Below are positions 1 through 7,957 of a stretch of 18,814 bases of DNA, one piece after another (position 1 is the stretch's first letter; each line of letters opens with the position of its first letter). The notes beneath the pieces were generated by a model, which saw only the letters and a program-made list of their open reading frames with translations, made no database searches and was not told the origin of the DNA. Both the position numbers and the translations under genes were made by a program. Origin of the DNA: Promethearchaeota archaeon (GTDB taxonomy: Archaea; Asgardarchaeota; Lokiarchaeia; Sigyniarchaeales; SOKP01); the NCBI GenBank assembly GCA_048939015.1, contig JBHLPW010000050.1, forward strand, positions 16,803-35,616. The letters are read 5' to 3'.

Positions 1-1
1 C

Positions 2-556
2 TCTTACTTATATAAACTAATAAAACTAAACTCATTTCAAAAAAAAAAATTTAAAATATTTTTAATTTTAATTGTAGTTTCTTCAGTCTTTTCACAAAAT
101 TTATTTGATTCAACTAATATTAATGTTTTTTGTTTACACAAAAGGGAGGTAACTTCTATTAAATTGTATTCTAATTATTGTTCTAATAAAAATGTAGTTA
201 TTACTAAATTTGGTTGGTATGCGATTTTTTTATATTATGAGTTTCCTTTCGAAGATAAAGATGAAGAATTTGAATTTGATTTATTTCATTACTTCTTATT
301 ATTAAATAAATCTCTAGTGTCCCCTAATATGCATTACTCGAATGGCACAAATGTGCTAAAATCTTTAAAATTAAAATATAATACAGAAGTAATTCTATTA
401 TTACCTGAGAATTACTACTCACCATTTAGTTGGACATTTTTTGATCAACTTAGTGAACAGGACATCGAAACTTATTATAATTTAAATTATTTGAATAGAA
501 TTTTTTCCTCGAAAGGAGAAAACGGTGAAGAATTACCCTATTATTGGGTTATTTAA
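2..556 (+). CDS. 3' part of a probable membrane protein (gene begins before the window)
   Basis: The frame of ORF 164..556 is stop-free back to nt 2 (SYLYKLIKLNSFQKKKFKIFLILIVVSSVFSQNLF...). It adds a Lys cluster and a hydrophobic segment ahead of a soluble C-terminal domain, so TTG164 is probably not the start. Confidence 0.6.
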   Translation, partial: SYLYKLIKLNSFQKKKFKIFLILIVVSSVFSQNLFDSTNINVFCLHKREVTSIKLYSNYCSNKNVVITKFGWYAIFLYYEFPFEDKDEEFEFDLFHYFLLLNKSLVSPNMHYSNGTNVLKSLKLKYNTEVILLLPENYYSPFSWTFFDQLSEQDIETYYNLNYLNRIFSSKGENGEELPYYWVI

Positions 557-687
557 AATAGAATTTATTCATCTAATAAATTTAATTAAACCTATTATAC
601 AATTAAAATAACTTGTAGGAAATATTGTAAATATTTTTAAGAAGGAAGTCTATTTGTTATAATAGTAAGAAATACAATTTTTTATCT

Positions 688-2367
688 GTGGTAATTGTGG
701 AGAAAAAGCGTATTTTAGCAGAAGCTCAACAAATTGCTAAAGAGTATTCTTTTTGGATGGTTTCAGGAAATATAGCTCATTTATATGGATATATTTATAA
801 AACCTCCGAAAAAAAATATGAATTAGAAATTAAATTTGAAGATGGTTTTCCAAATACTCCCCCTCGTATGATTTATCACAGTGAAATTAAAGAATTGTTA
901 GGAGATTTTGAATTAGAGAGCATTATACATTGGTCACCAGATTCTAAAGTTGTTAATATCTTACATGAACTTAAAGAAAAAATAGTAGATAGTCTAGCCT
1001 CTAGAGAGGAAATACCAGAAAAAGATTTGAGTGTTATAGAGGAGAAGCAAATTTCTGAAACTGAAGCTGAAGAAGAATATATTACTCCGGATCTAAACGC
1101 TTACCCTCCAGATTTTCCATATGATGAATATGTGACCCCTTCTGATTCTGCTAATGATTTATTTTATACTGAAGAATCATATGAGAGTACTCCCGACGAT
1201 TCTAAACCTAATTTTGGTGAAGAAAGTAATTATGAACCTACAGTGCCCATTCAAGAAGATATTCTAGAAGAGAGTAGACAAATAAGTGTTGCTGTTAATA
1301 CTGAACTTAGTTTGATTCAGCAACAATATGCTTATGATCAATCCGGACCTATGGAAGCTCAAATCAATGTTTATATTACAATTACTCTAACTAAAACATT
1401 TATTATTTCTATAGATTTTATGAACTTTCCTGCAAAGCCAATTCTATCCATACCTGAGGAAGTAAAAAGTATTCTGGGTGATCCTTATAATTCATTAGAT
1501 ACTTTAAAGAATTGGAATCCAGATAATCCTTCTCATATTGTTGATATTTTACATGAACTGGAGAATAAATTATATTTTATCAAAGAAATTGAAGCTCAAT
1601 CAAAACAAATTTCAGGAGAGTATCAATGTGAAAAAGTACATGATAGTGTAACCTCACTTAAAGTCAATTTGTTAACATATGGATTTAAAGAATATTTAAT
1701 GAGTATCGACTTAGATTCTTATCCCCACCCACCTAAAGTTAATTTATCTTCAGAATTGCAGGAAATTATTCAGTTACCTATATCAGAATTAAAAGCTTAT
1801 AAAAATTGGGAAGAGAATGTATCTGAACCAGTTGAAATTGTAAGAGAAATCTCTTGGTTAGTGGACAAGAATTCAAGAATCAATTTCGAAATAGATTTAT
1901 TGAAAGATCATTATAAAAAGATCGATTATGATCCCTTAACTGCTACTCTGCTTGTAGAAATCAAAGGAAAAATGAAAACTGAAGATTTAACTTTTGAATT
2001 TCAGATCAAACTGCCAATAGATTATCCTATGAAAATGCCTGAAGTGAAAGTAATAAATGAATTTGAACTCGAGGCTCATGAGAAAATAAAAAATGATTTA
2101 CATTCATCATTTGATGATTTTTTTAAAGAGTGGACACCTTTTAGTTATCTTGTCGATTTATTTAACCTTATTTCAAAAAAAATATTCGAAGTATCGGTCG
2201 TCTCGTGTGTCATATGTCATAGAATTGAATGTCCAAGCTGTTCTAAAAAAATTGCTGGTGATGATAGTTGTCATGCTGAATGCCCCCATTGTAATAGAGC
2301 ATACCACAATCATTGCTGGGAGCAAACAATTAAATCATTTGGTAAATGTGGGTTTTGTTTAAGGTAA
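688..2367 (+). CDS. Multi-UBC-like (UEV/RWD) domain protein with C-terminal C4HC3 RING finger; putative FANCL-like ubiquitin E3 ligase
   Basis: Four ~100-aa repeats, each with an (F/Y)PxxP(P)-type motif and a downstream W before a helix (FPNTPP..HWSP; FPAKP..NWNP; YPHPP..NWEE; YPMKMP..EWTP). No HPN/catalytic Cys. C-terminus reads CVIC-x4-CPSC...CPHC-x4-HNHCW...CGFC. Confidence 0.8.
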   Translation: MVIVEKKRILAEAQQIAKEYSFWMVSGNIAHLYGYIYKTSEKKYELEIKFEDGFPNTPPRMIYHSEIKELLGDFELESIIHWSPDSKVVNILHELKEKIVDSLASREEIPEKDLSVIEEKQISETEAEEEYITPDLNAYPPDFPYDEYVTPSDSANDLFYTEESYESTPDDSKPNFGEESNYEPTVPIQEDILEESRQISVAVNTELSLIQQQYAYDQSGPMEAQINVYITITLTKTFIISIDFMNFPAKPILSIPEEVKSILGDPYNSLDTLKNWNPDNPSHIVDILHELENKLYFIKEIEAQSKQISGEYQCEKVHDSVTSLKVNLLTYGFKEYLMSIDLDSYPHPPKVNLSSELQEIIQLPISELKAYKNWEENVSEPVEIVREISWLVDKNSRINFEIDLLKDHYKKIDYDPLTATLLVEIKGKMKTEDLTFEFQIKLPIDYPMKMPEVKVINEFELEAHEKIKNDLHSSFDDFFKEWTPFSYLVDLFNLISKKIFEVSVVSCVICHRIECPSCSKKIAGDDSCHAECPHCNRAYHNHCWEQTIKSFGKCGFCLR

Positions 2368-2444
2368 ATCTGATTGAGTTGTTAGGTATATTCATTAAAT
2401 TTTTTAATTTAAACTTATTATAATAAACATTCACATTTTTCTAG

Positions 2445-5400
2445 ATGGTATTTGTGGAAATATTGGATAAGAAGCTGAATTTAAAAGAATTGGAAGAAAA
2501 TATCTTAGAATTCTGGAAAGATCAAGATATATATTCATTGATAAGGAAAAAAGAAGAGGGAAAAGAAGTCTGGCGGTTTATCGATGGACCTCCCTATACT
2601 ACAGGATCAATTCATCTCGGAACAGCATGGAATAAAGTGTTAAAGGATTATTTAATAAAATACAAACGAATGAGAAGTTATAAAGTCACTGATACTCCCG
2701 GTTATGATACTCATGGATTACCGATTGAAGTTCAAATGGAAAAGGAATTAGGAATAACAAACAAGCAGGAGATCCAAGAATATGGCATTGATAAATTCAT
2801 AAAAAACTGTAAGGAATATGCTAAAAAGAATCTCAAAATAATGAATGAACAGTTTAAGAGATTAGGTTGTTACTTTTGGGATTGGGACAATCCATACATA
2901 ACCTTTAAGAATAGTTATCTCGAAGGAATTTGGTGGACACTTAAAAAAGCTTGGGAAAATGATTTACTATTTCAATTTTATCGACCATTAAATTGCTGCC
3001 CACGATGTGCTACAGCACTCGCTAAGCATGAACATGAGTATAAGAATATAATAGATACTAGTCTATTTCTCAAAATAAAATCTGTGGATATGGAAAAAAC
3101 TTATTTCATTATCTGGACAACAACACCATGGACATTAGTGGCTAATGAGGCTATAATGGCGAATCCATTTGCTGATTATGGTAAGGCATATATAGAAGAC
3201 CTTGATGAATATTGGATATTATCGAAAGCTTCAATAACTCATCTTCTTTCAGGAGAACTTGGATATAAATATAAGATTGTGGAAAGTTATAAAGGAGAAG
3301 ACCTAGAAGGAATGAAATATATTCATCCACTTTTGGAAGAAGTACCTTTTCAAAAAGAATTAGAAAAACAAAGTGATACTGTCCATTCTATTATATTATC
3401 TGAAGAGTATGTATCTGCTTCTGAGGGAGTAGGGTTAGTTCATTCAGCTCCTGGGCACGGTCCTGAAGATTTCGAAGTTGGTGTGGCTAATAATATTCCT
3501 GTTTTTACACCTGTGAATATAAGAGGAGAATATACAAAAGAGGCTGGCAAATTCAAAGGAAGATTCGTGTTTGATACGAATAAGGAGATATTAGATTTAT
3601 TAAAACAAAAAGGAACGTTAATCTTAACCAATGAAATTGAACACGAATATGCTCATTGTTGGCGTTGTGATTCAAAACTAGTATATCGAGCAACAAATCA
3701 ATGGTTCTTTAAAACAGAAAAACTAGTTCCTGACTTACTAGAGAAGAATGAAGAAATATACTGGGTTCCAGATTGGGCTGGTAACAGGTGGTTTAAAAGC
3801 TGGCTTACTTCTTTAAAAGATTGGTGTATTTCAAGACAACGATTTTGGGGCATACCATTAAGCGTTTGGATATGTGACAATGAAGATTGTGAAGACGTGA
3901 CTGTTATTGGTTCTGCTAAAGAATTAAAAGAAATCGCAGGTGAATGTCCAGAAGATCTACATCGACCTTGGATTGATGAAGTAACATGGACATGCAAAAA
4001 ATGTAAAAAAGGTACAAAAAGAAGAATTCCAGACATTTTAGATGTATGGTTAGATTCAGGGTCAGTAATGTGGGCTGCTCAAGAAGTCTATGATGGTAAA
4101 AGTCATTTTGATACTTGGATACCTGCCGATTTTATTCTTGAAGGAAAAGATCAAATTAGAGGGTGGTTTAATACCTTACTATGTAGTGCTATGGTATCAT
4201 CAGGAAGGAAAAATTATGATGCTTGTTATATGCATGGTTGGACTTTAAGAGAAAAATTAAAAATGAGTAAATCAAAGGGAACACAAATTTTACCTGAAGA
4301 TCTTATAGAAGGCACATTAGATGAGCTAAAAAAAAATAAATCTTATTCAAAAATTAAAGGAGTTGAAACATTTCGCTTTTATTCAATTGGCGTAACACAA
4401 CCAGGGCGAGATTTCAATTTTGTTGTTAAAGAATACGCTGATACTTATAAAATAATAAATACTATTTGGAATGTATTTGTTTATGCTAATGAGAAATTCA
4501 GATTAGCAGGTTTTAATCCATCAAAAGCAAAATTGGAAATGAAAAACCTGAGTAAACTAGATAAATGGATACTTTCAAGATCAAATTCTACTATAAAAAG
4601 AATAACTGAATTAGCTGACAATTATGAATTACCTTGGATAACATCTGAACTAAGGGAATTGATTGTGAATGATATAAGCAGATGGTATATAATGTTAAAT
4701 CGAGACAAGCTTGATATCTATTCAGAAGATCCTAATAAGCTTACAATAATGTTAGTGTTATTTAGAACTTTATTCAATGTTCTTTTGATGCTCTCGCCAA
4801 TAAATCCAATGATAAGTGAAGAAATATTTTTAAAAATGTTCAAACCATATTTAAAATCTTTAGATCGAGATGAAACAGAAAGTATACATTTACAAAATTG
4901 GCCCAAGTTTGATAACGCGTTTATAGATCCTGAATTGGAAGAACAAATGCATTTTGTCCGAGATTTAATAGAAGTTATTCGTGCTTTAAAGGAAGAAAAT
5001 AAAATAAGAATGCGATGGCCAAACAAAAAAATAATAATTGAACCAAAAGAGGATATGCCTGGAATAATTTTTCCTGAGATTATTAAAAAAATAGCTAATG
5101 TTAATGAATTAGAGATTAAAGATAGCGTACAAGCAAATGAAAACATAGCTAGAGCTGAATCAAAATACTGCAATATATATTTGGATAAAAGTGTTGATGA
5201 CAACTTATTAGCTGAACGTGTAGTTAACGATTTGATTAGAAATATTCAATTTATTCGCAAAAAAAATGGATATAAAGTTGAAGAAAAAATATCTTTGAAG
5301 ATTGGAGCGAATAAAACTTATTTGAAAGATTTTCTTGAGAAACACCAAGAAACTTTTAAAGATAAAATTAATTTAGAGAACCTCGAAATAATTTCTGAAG

Positions 5401-5591
5401 ACTTAATGGAAGAGGAAGGTAAAATTTTCGCTAAATTAAACATTTGTCCCAATAAAGAATGCTCAGCGTCCTTAAAAGATAATGTGATTAAAAAATTAAA
5501 GAAGAAAGTAAAAGTAGAATGTCCTTACTGTAAATTTAATTTAAGTGAAAGTGCCATTAATTCAGTTACTTTTAGTTTTAAGAAAAAATAA
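2445..5591 (+). CDS. ileS: Isoleucyl-tRNA synthetase (archaeal/eukaryal type)
   Basis: DGPPY..G.IHLGTAWNK (HIGH equivalent), GYDTHGLPIE, WTTTPWTL editing motif, GLVHSAPGHG.EDF, DWCISRQRFWG, EGKDQIRGWF, KMSKS; 1048 aa. Confidence 0.98.
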   Translation: MVFVEILDKKLNLKELEENILEFWKDQDIYSLIRKKEEGKEVWRFIDGPPYTTGSIHLGTAWNKVLKDYLIKYKRMRSYKVTDTPGYDTHGLPIEVQMEKELGITNKQEIQEYGIDKFIKNCKEYAKKNLKIMNEQFKRLGCYFWDWDNPYITFKNSYLEGIWWTLKKAWENDLLFQFYRPLNCCPRCATALAKHEHEYKNIIDTSLFLKIKSVDMEKTYFIIWTTTPWTLVANEAIMANPFADYGKAYIEDLDEYWILSKASITHLLSGELGYKYKIVESYKGEDLEGMKYIHPLLEEVPFQKELEKQSDTVHSIILSEEYVSASEGVGLVHSAPGHGPEDFEVGVANNIPVFTPVNIRGEYTKEAGKFKGRFVFDTNKEILDLLKQKGTLILTNEIEHEYAHCWRCDSKLVYRATNQWFFKTEKLVPDLLEKNEEIYWVPDWAGNRWFKSWLTSLKDWCISRQRFWGIPLSVWICDNEDCEDVTVIGSAKELKEIAGECPEDLHRPWIDEVTWTCKKCKKGTKRRIPDILDVWLDSGSVMWAAQEVYDGKSHFDTWIPADFILEGKDQIRGWFNTLLCSAMVSSGRKNYDACYMHGWTLREKLKMSKSKGTQILPEDLIEGTLDELKKNKSYSKIKGVETFRFYSIGVTQPGRDFNFVVKEYADTYKIINTIWNVFVYANEKFRLAGFNPSKAKLEMKNLSKLDKWILSRSNSTIKRITELADNYELPWITSELRELIVNDISRWYIMLNRDKLDIYSEDPNKLTIMLVLFRTLFNVLLMLSPINPMISEEIFLKMFKPYLKSLDRDETESIHLQNWPKFDNAFIDPELEEQMHFVRDLIEVIRALKEENKIRMRWPNKKIIIEPKEDMPGIIFPEIIKKIANVNELEIKDSVQANENIARAESKYCNIYLDKSVDDNLLAERVVNDLIRNIQFIRKKNGYKVEEKISLKIGANKTYLKDFLEKHQETFKDKINLENLEIISEDLMEEEGKIFAKLNICPNKECSASLKDNVIKKLKKKVKVECPYCKFNLSESAINSVTFSFKKK

Positions 5592-5596
5592 ATCAC

Positions 5597-6640
5597 TTAA
5601 ACTCCATATTTTTTATAATATTCTATCCAATATTCAAACATATCTTTCAGAGTTTCTTCAATAGGTACCGAAATATCCCATCCTAACTCCGCTTTTATTT
5701 TAGAGTTATCTCCAAGGATTATATCTTCATCTGTTTTTCTTAATTTATAAGACACATTTTCTGTTACTTCAATTTCTTTTGATGAAAAACTTAAGGCAAT
5801 TTCTAGAATTTGACGAATTTGAATCTTTCTACTCGAACAGATATTATATGTTTCTCCTGGTGTCCCTTTTGTAGCAGCTAACCAAATTGCATTGAGTGAA
5901 TCCTTTATACCTGTAAAATCACGATAAGGTTTTAGATTTCCTACTTCAATTATGGGATCCGATAATTCTAATTCAATTTTAGCAATCTTACTAATGAAAT
6001 CAGCACATGCATCTCCCTTTTTTCTTGGACCCGTTTGATTAAAGAATCTAAGGTTTATAGCTTCAATTCCAAAATTAAGATAATATTGTCGGGCGAGAAG
6101 TTCTGTAGCAACTTTGCTAATACCATAAGGATGAATTGCTAATAATGGATCTGTTTCTTTTAAAGGTCTATTTACTAAGGTAGAAGTCCCATATTCAGCG
6201 CTGGTGCAAGCTGTTATCACTCTAGTATTAATTTTGTATTTTTTAATTATCTCAAAGATGTTTATAGTGCCAATAACATTAGTTTTTATTGTACCTACAG
6301 GGTCTTCCCATGAGGGTAAAACAAAAGGTTGAGCACCAAAATGGAAAATATAAATTGGCTTAATTTTTAAGATTATTTTTTCCAATAATTTAGTATCATT
6401 CAGATCACATTCTAAAAGAATGAAAGATTTATTGGAGGTCGGAATTTGAATAGAAGTATTATATACTATTAATTTCTCATCTGAATTAAACTGAATTTGT
6501 CCTTCAGTATAATGTGCTAAATTATACAATGAGCGATTAGGAAGATCAATACCATATACTTTTTTACTCTGATTAATGCAAAAATCTGTTAAGTGAGATC
6601 CTAAAAAACCATTCACTCCAGTAATAAGTATTTTTTCCAT
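5597..6640 (-). CDS. Extended SDR, GDP-sugar 4,6-dehydratase/4-reductase (Gmd/Rmd-like) family
   Basis: ITGVNGFLGSHL Rossmann motif, HFGAQPFV..SW, TSAEYG, YGISK catalytic YxxxK, RFFNQTGP, VGNL...RDF. Confidence 0.88.
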   Translation of the reverse strand: MEKILITGVNGFLGSHLTDFCINQSKKVYGIDLPNRSLYNLAHYTEGQIQFNSDEKLIVYNTSIQIPTSNKSFILLECDLNDTKLLEKIILKIKPIYIFHFGAQPFVLPSWEDPVGTIKTNVIGTINIFEIIKKYKINTRVITACTSAEYGTSTLVNRPLKETDPLLAIHPYGISKVATELLARQYYLNFGIEAINLRFFNQTGPRKKGDACADFISKIAKIELELSDPIIEVGNLKPYRDFTGIKDSLNAIWLAATKGTPGETYNICSSRKIQIRQILEIALSFSSKEIEVTENVSYKLRKTDEDIILGDNSKIKAELGWDISVPIEETLKDMFEYWIEYYKKYGV

Positions 6641-6677
6641 ACGACTTTTAATTACATTTAAAAAATTAAAATATGAT

Positions 6678-7811
6678 TTATTTTAATAATCCTTTTTCTT
6701 TTAATTCTTCCATCGCTTTAAGTGAATTTTCTTTTATATTATTTTTTTGAACCTTGATCCAACTTATTAAGTCGTCTATCCCTTCTTTAAGACTCAATGT
6801 TGGTGAATACCCAAGTGTTGTTTTTATTTTAGAGATATCTGCAATACAATGTCTTATGTCACCAATTCGATAATTTTGATTAAAAATTGGCTTTAAATTT
6901 GAATTAATTTTTTCTGTTATTATTTCTGCTACTTCTCCTATTGTCACCGCTATACCTGTACCAACATTAAAAATCTCTCCGTTTGCAGCTTTTTTTTCCA
7001 TCGCAAGAATTAAAGCTTGACAAATATCACTAACATGTACAAAATCACGCGATTGGTTTCCATCTTCAAAAACAATTGGAGATTTTCCGTTGAGAGTTCT
7101 TGAACTAAAAATTGCGCAAACTCCAGTATAAGGGTTAGAAAGAGATTGTCTTGTACCATATGTCAAAAAAAATCTTAATACAGTTGTATTTATCCCATAA
7201 GTTTCACCTATCATTAAACCCATTTTTTCCTGAGCTAGTTTCGAGAATGCATAGATCGAACTAGGTGTTAGTATTGAATCTTCACTTGTTAATAGAGGTT
7301 TAGCAATTTTTCCACAATTAGGGCATTTTATATCCCATTCTTTATGTTTCAATTGTTCATTTTGCCTCAATTCTGGATATATTACACCACATGAGCTACA
7401 ATTATATTTACCTTCTCCATAAACAGTATTAGATGATGCTAAAACAAGTTTTTGCACATTATGTTCACTATTCACTAAAATATCCAGTAAATTGCCTAAA
7501 CCACCTATATTACTATCTACATAATCTTTTATTTTATACATCGATTGTCCTACGCCCACTTTTGCGGCTAAATGGAAGATTATATCGGCCTCCTCGACTA
7601 AGCCCCTAAAATCTTTATATTCTATTATTGAAGCATGATTAAATTTAGAATTCTTGTTCAGATAATCTGGTGGGCGATTATTTTTTCCATGAACTTGCTC
7701 TTCTAATGAATCAATAATGGTCACATCATAACCTTTTTCATGAATTAACTGATCGACTAAATGGGAACCAATAAAACCCGCACCACCAGTTACTAATACT
7801 TTTTTTGACAT
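6678..7811 (-). CDS. NAD-dependent nucleotide-sugar epimerase/dehydratase with a CxxC...CxxC insertion
   Basis: VTGGAGFIGSHL, HLAA, ASS..VYG, YAFSK, QSRDFVHV, GDIRH; inserted CSSC...CPNC. Confidence 0.9.
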   Translation of the reverse strand: MSKKVLVTGGAGFIGSHLVDQLIHEKGYDVTIIDSLEEQVHGKNNRPPDYLNKNSKFNHASIIEYKDFRGLVEEADIIFHLAAKVGVGQSMYKIKDYVDSNIGGLGNLLDILVNSEHNVQKLVLASSNTVYGEGKYNCSSCGVIYPELRQNEQLKHKEWDIKCPNCGKIAKPLLTSEDSILTPSSIYAFSKLAQEKMGLMIGETYGINTTVLRFFLTYGTRQSLSNPYTGVCAIFSSRTLNGKSPIVFEDGNQSRDFVHVSDICQALILAMEKKAANGEIFNVGTGIAVTIGEVAEIITEKINSNLKPIFNQNYRIGDIRHCIADISKIKTTLGYSPTLSLKEGIDDLISWIKVQKNNIKENSLKAMEELKEKGLLK

Positions 7812-7846
7812 ATAATACTCTTAAATTAATTTTAGATATTTTAATA

Positions 7847-7916
7847 GTTCATAAGTTACTATTAAAATTAAAGAATATGATGGCATCATCAAATTTTTTA
7901 ATGATTTAATATGAAC
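7847..7916. promoter_or_regulatory. Divergent promoter region with dyad symmetry
   Basis: Lies between head-to-head genes. ATGATG-G-CATCAT palindrome at 7877-7889, flanked by GTTCATA-N7-ATTAAAA (7847-7867) and TTTTAAT-N7-TATGAAC (7896-7916). Confidence 0.45.
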
Positions 7917-7957
7917 AAATTTGATCCTACAATATATTTTCAATAAGAGTGATTAAT

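Noticed and set aside
143-149. AGGGAGG as an RBS for TTG164
   Set aside because: The spacing is long and the frame is open far upstream, so this is probably internal coding sequence.
688-2187. Calling the 559-aa protein an active E2 enzyme or an ESCRT-I Vps23
   Set aside because: No HPN motif or catalytic Cys in any repeat; no evident coiled-coil/steadiness box, and a RING is present instead.
2093-2362. 89-aa alternative-frame ORF within the RING gene
   Set aside because: Entirely overlaps the UBC-like/RING coding region and has no recognisable motif; a shadow ORF.
3440-5203. Antisense ORFs 3440-3631, 3698-4036 and 4718-5203
   Set aside because: Opposite strand of ileS; Ser/Phe/Ile-rich composition typical of antisense shadows.
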